From NCBI GenBank assembly GCA_947175875.1, contig CAMWON010000002.1, forward strand, positions 1,216-65,215: 64,000 nt of DNA. Reading direction: 5' to 3'. The translations under genes were made by a program, and so were the position numbers. The notes beneath the pieces are model-generated. The model had not been told where the DNA came from, did not search any database, and was given only the letters and a program-made list of their open reading frames with translations. The DNA comes from an uncultured Alphaproteobacteria bacterium. Its GTDB lineage: Bacteria > Pseudomonadota > Alphaproteobacteria > Rs-D84. This document shows positions 55,768-64,000 of this stretch, one piece after another (position 1 is the first letter of the stretch; the number at the start of each line of letters is the position of its first letter).

Positions 55768-55844
55768 GGATTTCTAAGGTTTTTTAGAGTTCGAAAGTAT
55801 CGCTGCACCAATATGCCATTTTTTACCGATTTTCGAACTATATT

Positions 55845-56912
55845 TTATTTTGTAAATCTAATCTGTAAATTCAAATTGATAAATATGTCTCCGTTTTTCT
55901 CGTAAATACTACCAAATTTATGTCTTGTGGTGCTAGGAGTGTCTAACTTTGTATTTTCAAACAAATAATCCTTAAATGCGTCTTCGTTATATAAATGGTA
56001 GCATACTAGTACTCCATCTTCACGAACAACAATATAACCACCATAACTAGACAGACGGTCATTCCACTCACTTTGTGGGACCATACCAAGAGCAATTATT
56101 TTCAAGAAATTTCTAACTTTTGATATGATTTGTGGCTCGGTTAAGTCAAACTTGGTACTCTTAAACACCATATTGCATAATTCGTTCATAGTATTTGGAC
56201 AACCTAAATAGTATGCTAGTAGTATTTCTGCAACGATTTGTGGCATTTGTGTATCTATCGTTTTAAGATTGTCTGCAAAAATTTTGCTTGTCATTCCCAC
56301 AGATGTAATTTGCCCACCACACCGAATAATTTCTTTCAACCTATCCCTAACTTTACTTCGAGTAGATATGGCATTAATTTGGTGAACATCTGTATTTAAT
56401 CCAGATATTTTATAAATAAAATTTGTTCCCGTACTTGCGTTTAAGAGAGTTGAAGGACAACCTACACGAGATTTTATAGAAAATCCATAAGGTTCTGTTT
56501 CAGATATTATATCGTCTTTGATTGTTGCTATTATATCTGATTTTTGCCCTGAATTTGCTTTTATTTTGCTCAAAGAAAATACAGGCATTAAACGTTCTGC
56601 CTCATAAATCTCAAAAGCAGCTTCATCAGCATTTTGAATTCTATTAAATATTCGTTTTGTTTTCTCTGACAATCCATCTGTAGAAACAATACGAATAGGT
56701 GCTCTATTGCTTATTATGGATACCTTATCTGCTTCAGATAGGTCATAGGTTATATGTTCGCCAGGATTGTCATTTCTGAATATTTTTAAAAAATTATAAA
56801 AATGTCCTGTCGGCTCAAGATTGTTGTTAGCCGCTGCAATTTTGTGGTCTGCAAATAGACTATACAATACGTATAATTCTGACCATTCACCCTTATTGGC
56901 GGTTAAACTCAT
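55845..56912 (-). CDS. Type II restriction endonuclease, HpaII-like
   Basis: 355 aa. The N-terminus NKGEWSELYVLYSLFADHKI matches my recollection of the RE_HpaII family start (GEWSE.Y....LL). It overlaps the methylase stop by 4 nt. Confidence 0.55.
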   Translation of the reverse strand: MSLTANKGEWSELYVLYSLFADHKIAAANNNLEPTGHFYNFLKIFRNDNPGEHITYDLSEADKVSIISNRAPIRIVSTDGLSEKTKRIFNRIQNADEAAFEIYEAERLMPVFSLSKIKANSGQKSDIIATIKDDIISETEPYGFSIKSRVGCPSTLLNASTGTNFIYKISGLNTDVHQINAISTRSKVRDRLKEIIRCGGQITSVGMTSKIFADNLKTIDTQMPQIVAEILLAYYLGCPNTMNELCNMVFKSTKFDLTEPQIISKVRNFLKIIALGMVPQSEWNDRLSSYGGYIVVREDGVLVCYHLYNEDAFKDYLFENTKLDTPSTTRHKFGSIYEKNGDIFINLNLQIRFTK

Positions 56913-57772
56913 TGTGCGGCCTTTAATATTTTTATGATTTCTTTTGCAACCGCCTCTATAGCAGGTACCGCTACAGAATTGCCTAATTGCTTCATTGCTT
57001 GAACTTCAGACACAGGAAACTCAAAATCGGAAGGAAACCCTTGCATTAAAAGCCCCTCTTTTGGCGTAAGCCGTCTTATTACCCCATCAACTAAATAGGT
57101 GTCCCAATTACGTCTGTCGCTTATATTTGAATGACGCCCGCCAACACGTAAAGTAAAGCCAATATCTCTATCAACATGACCTCCGAAAATGTCACTCATT
57201 GTAAGTTTTAACTTTTTTGGTTTTGGAAATTCAAAATCTATATTTTTGTCTTTAAAACCAACCATAAATAAACGTGGTCTGTGTTGCGGAACGCCAAAAT
57301 CAGAAGCCCTAACTATTTTATAAAAGAAAGAATATCCCAATTCTTCCTCTATTACGCGTTTTATTGTTGCAAAGGTCTTTCCATTATCATGCTGTAACAA
57401 ACCGCGAACATTTTCTATAAAAAAGGCTTTTGGTTGTTTTTCTTTTATTATCCTAACAATGTCAAAAAACAGTGTTCCGCGTGTTTCATTAAACCCCTTT
57501 TTCAAGCCTACTTGTGAAAATGGCTGACAAGGAAATCCGCCTGTCAACACATCAAAGTCCGGGATACTAGCTGCATCAACTTTTGTTATATCGCCTGCGA
57601 ACATGTTCTTTTTAAACAATTTTGAATCTATCTTACTAAAGTTGCATTCGTATGTTTTTCTTGCAAATTCGTCCCATTCTGACGCAAATACACATTTTGC
57701 CCCGCAATTATGAAAGGCCAAATGAAACCCGCCGATACCAGCAAATAGGTCTATAAAAGTAATTTTTGACAC
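56909..57772 (-). CDS. DNA (cytosine-5)-methyltransferase
   Basis: 287 aa, GTG start after AGGAGG. Motif I FIDLFAGIGGF, motif IV GGFPCQPFS, motif VI ENVRGL, motif X QLGNSVAVP. Confidence 0.9.
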   Translation of the reverse strand: MSKITFIDLFAGIGGFHLAFHNCGAKCVFASEWDEFARKTYECNFSKIDSKLFKKNMFAGDITKVDAASIPDFDVLTGGFPCQPFSQVGLKKGFNETRGTLFFDIVRIIKEKQPKAFFIENVRGLLQHDNGKTFATIKRVIEEELGYSFFYKIVRASDFGVPQHRPRLFMVGFKDKNIDFEFPKPKKLKLTMSDIFGGHVDRDIGFTLRVGGRHSNISDRRNWDTYLVDGVIRRLTPKEGLLMQGFPSDFEFPVSEVQAMKQLGNSVAVPAIEAVAKEIIKILKAAQ

Positions 57773-57790
57773 ACAATCCTCCTATGCAGC

Positions 57791-57971
57791 AAAAAACCAC
57801 CTAAGAGTTCTTTGGTGGTTGGAGGTAAGACCTATCATTCTATGAAAATAGTGTGCTTATTTTGCCAAAAGCATTATTCACAACCCTCCAACCGCAGTTG
57901 GAGGTATTTTTCGTCCCCACGGACGCATAGAATGCAGAGGGTCTTAACCTCAATGCCAATCTCTTGGCATC
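57791..57971 (-). ncRNA. Structured RNA element, copy C (unclassified family), leader of the M-R operon
   Basis: Minus strand: TATAAT (57983-57978); hairpin ATGCCAA-gagat-TGGCAT; GAGGTTAAGACC (57951-57940) pairing with GGTCTTACCTC (57832-57822); perfect hairpin CCTCCAAC-tgcg-GTTGGAGG (57904-57885); CAACC; ACCACC-loop-GGTGGT + T6 terminator (57820-57791). AGGAGG follows 6 nt after the T-run. Confidence 0.6.
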
Positions 57972-58125
57972 AGTCTTATTATATCATAGTATTTTCATGC
58001 CCGGCTAGTACTTTATTTGTAATGGATGTTTTATTATGATGACCTAATTTTTTGCTTAAACGTCTTTATATCGTGTCCAATGCTAAGGAATGCATTAAAA
58101 TCTGTGGTCAGAAAATTGCTCATTG

Positions 58126-58136
58126 ACTCCCACCAG
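58126..58136 (+). repeat. Direct repeat (tRNA-Tyr 3' end-like), copy 2
   Basis: ACTCCCACCAG at the far border of the AT-rich block. Confidence 0.7.
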
Positions 58137-58137
58137 T

Positions 58138-58166
58138 AAAAAACACCCGTTTGTCGGGTGTTTTTG
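58138..58166 (-). terminator. Intrinsic terminator of the ABC-F gene
   Basis: ACACCCG-tttgt-CGGGTGT with an A-run (a T-run on the minus strand) at 58138-58143. Confidence 0.7.
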
Positions 58167-58167
58167 T

Positions 58168-59547
58168 TTATAGGTTTATTGTTTGTGTTGGGCCGATGTT
58201 GGTGACAAATGTTTCGTCGTGGGATACCAGCAAAATTGCGCCGGTGTATTGATTTAGGGCGTCTTCGAGTATCGACATGCTTTTGATATCCAGATTGTTG
58301 GTCGGTTCGTCCAATATCAATAAGTCCGGCGGATTCGCGCCCCCAAACAGTGCCGCCAATGTTGCCTTTAACAGTTCGCCGCCGGACAGGTCTGCGATTT
58401 TTTTTAGTGCGTTTGTGCCGCGAAAGCCAAAGTTTGCGGCGATGGCGTGTGCCTGGTGTCGTGTGATGTCGGATACATTCATTATTGCGTCAACGACTGT
58501 ATCCGCGGGATTTAACAGAGCCAAATTTTGGTCAAGATATGCGATGCGTGCCATGCGTTTTATTGTGCCCGCATCCGGTGTTAAATCGCCGGTGATAAGT
58601 TTTAGCAGTGTTGATTTCCCAGTGCCGTTTTTGCCGCGCAGCCATATTCTGTCGCCGCCATTTACATGCATGTTGAAATCGGACAGGATTTGCCGGCGCC
58701 CGTACGAAAACGACAGGGCGTCTATGTGCAGTAATTCCTTGGCATAGAACGGTTTGTTCGGCACCGGAATCTTGATAGTGTCATCGCGCATTTGCGTGGA
58801 TAGCGTGCGTCGCATGTCCGATTGTGCGGATATTTTTTCTTGAATTTTACGGCGTTTTTTCGCCTCTGTTTCAACACTTTTTCCGGCCAGGGCGTTTGCC
58901 GCAATACGACTGCGCCGGGCGTTTGATTTGTCTTTCTGTTGTTTGGCCTCGTGCGTGGCGCGTGTGCGCGCGGCGCTGTTCAATGTTTGGGTTAAGCGTT
59001 TGATTTCTTTTTCGGTTCCGGTGTATTGGGATTGCAGGTTTTGTTGCAGGGCGTCTTTTTGCTGTCTGTAAAAATCATAGTCGCCGCCGAACACGGTTAA
59101 TTTTCCGTTTGCCAATTCGATAATGACGTCCATTTTGCGCAGTAATTCACGGTCGTGCGATACGATGATTACGCCGCCGGAATATGTGCGCAGATGCGTG
59201 TAAAACCGGTTACGGGCATTTGTGTCCAGATTGTTGGTCGGCTCGTCCAATAACAGGATGTCTGCATTGCTGGCAAATGCGCGGCGCAGTGCGTCCATTT
59301 GATATTCGCCGCCGCTGTGTGTGTCGGAATGTCCCCGCTGGGCGACGAGGTACGTTGTCGCATTGCGCGTAATTTTTCCAGATACTGGATGCAGATTGCC
59401 GGCCAGTATGTTTAACAGTGTTGACTTGCCCGTGCCGTTGTCCCCGACTATGGCGATTTTATCGGCTGTGCCGAATACCATGTTTATATTGTCAAACAGA
59501 TTGTCGTCGTATCCAAAACAGACGTTTTGCAGTGAAATGTTGGGCAT
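58168..59547 (-). CDS. ABC-F-type tandem ATP-binding cassette protein (no TM domain)
   Basis: 459 aa. Two ABC modules: [24 protein letters not shown] and [24 protein letters not shown], separated by a charged linker. Confidence 0.8.
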   Translation of the reverse strand: MPNISLQNVCFGYDDNLFDNINMVFGTADKIAIVGDNGTGKSTLLNILAGNLHPVSGKITRNATTYLVAQRGHSDTHSGGEYQMDALRRAFASNADILLLDEPTNNLDTNARNRFYTHLRTYSGGVIIVSHDRELLRKMDVIIELANGKLTVFGGDYDFYRQQKDALQQNLQSQYTGTEKEIKRLTQTLNSAARTRATHEAKQQKDKSNARRSRIAANALAGKSVETEAKKRRKIQEKISAQSDMRRTLSTQMRDDTIKIPVPNKPFYAKELLHIDALSFSYGRRQILSDFNMHVNGGDRIWLRGKNGTGKSTLLKLITGDLTPDAGTIKRMARIAYLDQNLALLNPADTVVDAIMNVSDITRHQAHAIAANFGFRGTNALKKIADLSGGELLKATLAALFGGANPPDLLILDEPTNNLDIKSMSILEDALNQYTGAILLVSHDETFVTNIGPTQTINL

Positions 59548-59754
59548 AATAAAAACCTTGTGTTGCAGTTAAACAAGCACATACGTGCGAATGTTAAATG
59601 AATAAAGCAACTTATTTGTTCATAGTTTTTGCCCGTGTTGTGTATATGGGTATTATATTCGCGAAATCTGGCAAAGCAATAGATTTTTGAAAAACTTCTT
59701 GACCTAGAGTTGACTCTATGAATTAAACTGTGGACTAAAAAGGAGGAAAGAAAA

Positions 59755-60777
59755 ATGAAAATAATGTCTGTAATGCTAATTGTTGCGATTACAATTGCGG
59801 CCATTGGGGTTTGTTTTGGGCGCTTGCACACATGGGATAAAACATTTGCTAAAAATCCGAACGTTAATGTAACGCGTGTGCATTTCAAAAATCGTTACGG
59901 TATAAAATTGGCGGGCGATTTATATGTGCCTAAAAAACGCGTGGCGGACAAGATGCCGGCGATTGCCGTGTCCGGTCCGTTCGGGGCGGTAAAAGAGCAG
60001 GTGTCGGGTCGATATGCCCAGGAAATGGCGTCGCGCGGATTTGTCGCGCTGGCGTTTGATGCGTCTTATACCGGACAGAGCGGCGGGACGCCCCGCAATG
60101 TTGCGTCGCCGGATATAAACACCGAAGACTTTTCGGCGGCGGTGGATTATTTAACCACGCGCGGCGATGTTGATGAGAACAAAATCGGTATTATCGGAAT
60201 TTGCGGGTTTGGTGGAATGGGACTGAATGCGGCGGCGATGGATACGCGAATAAAGGCGACGGTGACGTCAACCATGTATGATATGTCGCGTGTAAATGCA
60301 AACGGATATTATGACGCGATGAGTGCGGATGACCGCTATGCGGAGCGTGCACGCCTGAACGCGCAGCGCACGGCGGACGCCAAAAACGGCGAAGCGGCAT
60401 TTGCGGGCGGATTGCCGGAAACGCTGCCCGACGACGCGCCCCAGTTTATGAAGGATTATGTGGCTTATTATAAAACGCCGCGCGGTTATCACAAGCGCAG
60501 CGTTGCGTCGAACAAAGGATGGCGGGCGACGTCTGCGTTGTCGTTCATGAACATGCCGATATTGTCGTACAGTAATGAAATTCGCACACCTGTTTTAATG
60601 CTGCACGGGGAAAATGCGCACAGCCGCTATTTCAGTGAAGGTGCGTTTAAAAAATTGACCGGCGAGAACAAAGAGCTGCTCATCATCCCGGGCGCCAATC
60701 ACACGGATTTGTATGACAATATGGATGTGATTCCGTTTGATAAAATACAAAGCTTTTTTGATGAGAATTTAAAATAA
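59755..60777 (+). CDS. Alpha/beta hydrolase (dienelactone-hydrolase-like GxCxG elbow)
   Basis: 340 aa. N-terminal TM/signal, nucleophile elbow IGICGFGG, and C-terminal GANHTDLYD (His). Confidence 0.7.
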   Translation: MKIMSVMLIVAITIAAIGVCFGRLHTWDKTFAKNPNVNVTRVHFKNRYGIKLAGDLYVPKKRVADKMPAIAVSGPFGAVKEQVSGRYAQEMASRGFVALAFDASYTGQSGGTPRNVASPDINTEDFSAAVDYLTTRGDVDENKIGIIGICGFGGMGLNAAAMDTRIKATVTSTMYDMSRVNANGYYDAMSADDRYAERARLNAQRTADAKNGEAAFAGGLPETLPDDAPQFMKDYVAYYKTPRGYHKRSVASNKGWRATSALSFMNMPILSYSNEIRTPVLMLHGENAHSRYFSEGAFKKLTGENKELLIIPGANHTDLYDNMDVIPFDKIQSFFDENLK

Positions 60778-60803
60778 AAAAAGGCCGGCAAATGCCGGTC
60801 TTT

Positions 60804-61172
60804 TTATTCGTCGCATGCATATGTATATTTTTTCGGCATTTTATATAAATTGTTTGTTATCGCGTCGGCGGCCAGCGGCACAATCCCGAATATTATTCCG
60901 GGGAATATGTCAAGGAATATGGCCGCGCTGTTCGGGCGGCGTGCAATTATCGGCTGGGGACAGTTGTCGTTCGGTGTTTTTATCGTAATGCCGTTTCCCG
61001 CGCGCACCCGCATTTTTTCATTTGGTTTGATTTTAAATATTCCGTTGTCGGACGATGCGCTGATTACATCGGACGAATTGTTGAAAATCGTCGTTTCATG
61101 ATTGCTGCCGATGCCGATTGTTCCACAGGACGCAATTCCCAGAGTTAATATAATTGCAATCAGGCGTTTCAT
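60804..61172 (-). CDS. Small lipoprotein, function unknown
   Basis: 122 aa, lipobox LGIASC. Confidence 0.5.
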   Translation of the reverse strand: MKRLIAIILTLGIASCGTIGIGSNHETTIFNNSSDVISASSDNGIFKIKPNEKMRVRAGNGITIKTPNDNCPQPIIARRPNSAAIFLDIFPGIIFGIVPLAADAITNNLYKMPKKYTYACDE

Positions 61173-61198
61173 TTTTGTGCCCCCAATAATCGTTCGGT

Positions 61199-62782
61199 TT
61201 ATTCGTAGATTTCGACGCTGTCGATATATGTGCGGTTTACGGATTCCAGGGCGTGCGGCTTAAAATCCGGATTGGTTACGATTTCATCGCTGTCATCCTC
61301 GGGCAGGATTGTGACAATGTTTTGCTGGGCCCGGGTGTCGGCATGGGTTATGTTCGCGCCGTATGTCTTTGACTTGTACTTGCCGGTTAAGCGGTCCGGA
61401 ATCTGGATATAGGTCAGCGGATTTATCCCCGGTGTTTCCATCGCCATTTCGCGTGCCGGCGACAGTGTCAACTGGTCAACATTGTATATGGGTTTAAGGA
61501 AATTTGTTGGGGCCTGTTTTACCTCGCGCGGGGTGGGGGCGCCCGCCACCTCTACAATACGCAGGGCGCGCTGGCTGGCACCGTTGGGCGTTAATCTTAT
61601 TAATCCGTCAATGCCCATATAACCGCTGGGGTCAAGCAGGTATGCCGCATTCGATTTATCGGAATACACCATTCCAATCGCCAGGTTTGCCGCATCATAT
61701 CCGAATGACGCCAGTCGTGACGGCGCGCGGCCGGTAATCTGTTCGTACAGGTTTGCAAACGCCGGATTCATTTCAGGCAGGGCCGGGTATTTTGCCCCGC
61801 TAAGCGTTATGTCGGAATCAATGTTTGCGCCGTCCCACATTGCGGTTCCGTACAGGTTTGCCTCGCGTGCGGTGACCCCGTAATAGCGCAGGAACGACAC
61901 CAATGATTTTGCGTCGTCGCCGGTGCCTAATAACAAGACCGCGTCATATGGCAGGCGGCCGATTGTCTCTGATTTTGAGATGCGGTCCAGCTGGCGCGAC
62001 AGTGACGATTTTTCAATCGCCGTCAAACGTTCCGTTGTCAATATGTCGGACAGTATTTCACGTGCGCGCGTGTTTGCGGCGCTGCGTGCGTTGTAAAGGG
62101 ATGCGCGCATTGCGGCGTTCTTGATGGAATCGGTGTCTTTTTCGCGATAATAGACCAGGCCTGAGACCGGTATGTCGTAATTTGTCGCGGCGGTGCGCGC
62201 GGCGGCGGCAATTAACTTGCCTGAATTTGTGTCGGGGGCCAGTATGACGATGCCGCGCGCCTTGTCGGCGGCGATTTCGGATACGATTGCCTCAACCCCG
62301 TTGGACGGCATCAGTGCCATTGTCATAACACCGTCGCCAACGGCCGTCGCGTCCGATGTGAACGATATCGCCGGCAGGTCGTTTGGTTTCGCCGCGCGCA
62401 GCATGCGCGCATCGGCGGCGAACAGGGGGCCGACAATTATCTCGGGCGATGCGCCCAATGCATCGTTTATTGCGGTGGTACCGGCGGCCGAGTCAAAGAA
62501 CGATACCGACAGGCTGGCCGGTGCCCGCTGCAGGACGGCGGTCTCTATCGATGTCTTGATTGCGCGGCCTGTTGCGGCGTTGTCCCCCGTCAGCGGCAGC
62601 AGCACGGCCATGCGGTGCGGTGCGGTGTCCGTTGTGGCCGGCGTGCCGTATAGCGCCGTTGCCGACGATGTTGCGGTGTAAGAGCCGTATTCGCCATGCC
62701 ATGTGCCGCGTGACATGGGGCCCTGGCACCCGGCCAGCAGCGCGACACCACCCACAAATCCCAAAAAATTCTTTATATGCAT
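61199..62782 (-). CDS. lpoA: Penicillin-binding protein activator LpoA-like lipoprotein
   Basis: The track ORF 61199..63481 is trimmed. Start MHIKNFLGFVGGVALLAGCQG (62782; alternative 62809) gives a lipobox LLAGC. RMAVLLPLTGDNAATGRAIKTSIETAV and a periplasmic-binding-protein-like fold fit. It is divergent from rsmI, as in E. coli yraM/yraL. Confidence 0.65.
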   Translation of the reverse strand: MHIKNFLGFVGGVALLAGCQGPMSRGTWHGEYGSYTATSSATALYGTPATTDTAPHRMAVLLPLTGDNAATGRAIKTSIETAVLQRAPASLSVSFFDSAAGTTAINDALGASPEIIVGPLFAADARMLRAAKPNDLPAISFTSDATAVGDGVMTMALMPSNGVEAIVSEIAADKARGIVILAPDTNSGKLIAAAARTAATNYDIPVSGLVYYREKDTDSIKNAAMRASLYNARSAANTRAREILSDILTTERLTAIEKSSLSRQLDRISKSETIGRLPYDAVLLLGTGDDAKSLVSFLRYYGVTAREANLYGTAMWDGANIDSDITLSGAKYPALPEMNPAFANLYEQITGRAPSRLASFGYDAANLAIGMVYSDKSNAAYLLDPSGYMGIDGLIRLTPNGASQRALRIVEVAGAPTPREVKQAPTNFLKPIYNVDQLTLSPAREMAMETPGINPLTYIQIPDRLTGKYKSKTYGANITHADTRAQQNIVTILPEDDSDEIVTNPDFKPHALESVNRTYIDSVEIYE

Positions 62783-62830
62783 TGAAAAATCCATTTTATT
62801 CTGTATCATTTTACTATAAAAGGATTTTGA

Positions 62831-63625
62831 ATGCAAACCGGGCTTTATATTGTTGGGACACCCATTGGAAATTTGTCGGATATGTCGCCCCGCGCGATAG
62901 AAGTGCTGCGCGGTGTCGATTTGGTTGTGGCCGAAGATACGCGCGTTTTCGGCAAGCTGGCGTCGCATTTTGACATTGCAACGCCGGTGCGCGCCATGCA
63001 TGACCATAACGAGCGTGACGTGGTGCCTGGGCTGGTTGAACGTCTGCAGAACGGCGCCACAATCGCCGCCGTGTCGGATGCGGGAATGCCCGGGGTTAGT
63101 GACCCTGGATTTCGTCTGGTACGCGAATGCCGCGCGGCGGGCGTGCCGGTGTTTGTCGTGCCGGGACCGACGGCGGCGATATCGGCGCTGGTGCTGTCGG
63201 GATTTCCGACGGACCGTTTCACGTTCTGCGGCTTTTTCGACGAGAAAAAGGTTCGCGACGACAACAAAATACGCCACACAATCATTTATTATGAAAGTCC
63301 GAACCGCATTATGGCGACGATTGCGACGCTGGCGCGTGTCATGCCGGAACGCCGCATTGCCATTGTGCGCGAGATAACAAAGATTCACGAGGAGACGATA
63401 ATCGGATATCCGGCGGAATTGGTCTCTATAACGCCGCCGCGGGGCGAGATTGTGATTGTCGTCGCACCCGCGCCGGAACATAAAATGACCGACGCCGAGA
63501 TTGCAGAGATTGTCAACGATGTTGTCGCATCGTCCACAAAATCCGCGGCGGCGGACCTGGCGGCGCGTGCGGGCATTTCAAAGAAAGAGGCGTATCGGCG
63601 CCTGCTGGAGGCGGATAATGATTAA
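62831..63625 (+). CDS. rsmI: 16S rRNA (cytidine1402-2'-O)-methyltransferase RsmI
   Basis: 264 aa. Motifs: LYIVGTPIGNLSDMSPRAIEVL..VDLVVAEDTR, SDAGMPGVSDPG, YESPNR. Confidence 0.9.
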   Translation: MQTGLYIVGTPIGNLSDMSPRAIEVLRGVDLVVAEDTRVFGKLASHFDIATPVRAMHDHNERDVVPGLVERLQNGATIAAVSDAGMPGVSDPGFRLVRECRAAGVPVFVVPGPTAAISALVLSGFPTDRFTFCGFFDEKKVRDDNKIRHTIIYYESPNRIMATIATLARVMPERRIAIVREITKIHEETIIGYPAELVSITPPRGEIVIVVAPAPEHKMTDAEIAEIVNDVVASSTKSAAADLAARAGISKKEAYRRLLEADND

Positions 63626-64000
63626 ATTTGTCGGCAGTTTTGAAAAGGTGTCGGCCCTGCCGAACACTCATTTCCCAGAGTACGCGTTTGTCGGGCGCAG
63701 TAATGTTGGAAAATCGTCGCTGATTAACGCGATTGTCGGTGCGCCGGTGGCGCGAACATCGAATACGCCGGGGCGGACACAGTCGTTAAATCTGTTCAAC
63801 GTGGACGACCGTGCGATGATTGTGGATTTGCCCGGATACGGATATGCGCGTGTCGCGCGCAGCGACGCGATGCGGTGGCTGCTTCGGTTGGAGGAATATT
63901 TGCGCGGCCGGCGCCAGTTAAAGCGTCTGTTTATTTTAATTGATTCACGCATCGGGCCGCGGGATTCCGATTTGGACTTGATGGATTTCTGTGATGCGAA
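63618..64000 (+). CDS. engB: Ribosome biogenesis GTPase YihA/EngB (5' part; runs off window end)
   Basis: Own translation from ATG 63618: MIKFVGSFEKVSALPNTHFPEYAFVGRSNVGKSSLINAIVG...NTPGRTQSLNLF...VDLPGYGYA. It has G1 and G3 motifs and is open to 64000. Confidence 0.85.
   Translation, partial: MIKFVGSFEKVSALPNTHFPEYAFVGRSNVGKSSLINAIVGAPVARTSNTPGRTQSLNLFNVDDRAMIVDLPGYGYARVARSDAMRWLLRLEEYLRGRRQLKRLFILIDSRIGPRDSDLDLMDFCDA

Larger units (their letters stand above)
55731..58136. mobile_element. Integrase-less R-M islet inserted at the tRNA-Tyr 3' end
   Basis: An AT-rich 2.4-kb block is flanked by ACTCCCACCAG (55721-55731 and 58126-58136). The distal copy is preceded by AAATCTGTGG, which resembles the tRNA anticodon-arm segment AAATCTGTTGG. 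Confidence 0.55.

Noticed and set aside
62783-63481. The N-terminal 230 codons of track ORF 61199..63481 (760 aa), rich in R/H/N
   Set aside because: This stretch lies antisense to the well-supported rsmI gene and has an Arg/His-rich composition typical of shadow frames. A lipoprotein signal peptide starts at the internal Met (62782 or 62809), which gives a sensible LpoA-like protein.

Overview
This is a 64-kb chromosomal window from a diderm (Gram-negative) bacterium. Gene content and synteny look proteobacterial, probably alphaproteobacterium-like: DUF374-lpxK-lpxC, DciA/DUF721 after mltA, SecB, LolCE/LolD, and divergent lpoA-rsmI. That placement is an inference only. Most of the window is housekeeping: gyrB, ung, secB, mltA, mnmE, ruvA, yebC, ruvC, xthA, aspS, uvrB, tsaE, ftsQ/ftsA, lolCDE, rsmI, engB and five tRNAs. 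AT-rich accessory patches interrupt it:

- The end of an integrase-bearing element sits at tRNA-fMet (1-2390).
- A type IVb-pilus-like pilO/P/Q/R block lies at 5.9-10.5 kb, with a PilN-like secretin lipoprotein 40 kb away.
- A 2.8-kb integrase-less islet at tRNA-Met is bounded by degenerate tRNA-like repeats. It carries a glycine-rich protein and an OMP.
- A 2.4-kb integrase-less HpaII-like R-M islet at tRNA-Tyr is bounded by an 11-nt repeat of the tRNA 3' end.
- Other accessory genes are a Slam (DUF560) with a TbpB-like surface lipoprotein next to an autotransporter, a bacterial GT6 glycosyltransferase, and an in-frame FtsA-Rpe fusion.

The most interesting signal is a three-member family of ~155-185-nt structured non-coding elements (10586-10770 +, 25846-25998 +, 57791-57971 -). 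Each has a TATAAT box and an intrinsic terminator. Each also has a GGTTGGAG(G)/CCTCCAACC alternative-pairing core and a long-range helix whose sequence differs between copies while complementarity is kept. Two copies end a few nucleotides before the RBS of mobile-type genes (the C5-methyltransferase of the R-M operon, and a small XRE-type HTH). I could not match them to any RNA class I know. All calls rest on reading the sequence and ORF track plus remembered family motifs. No searches or folding programs were run.
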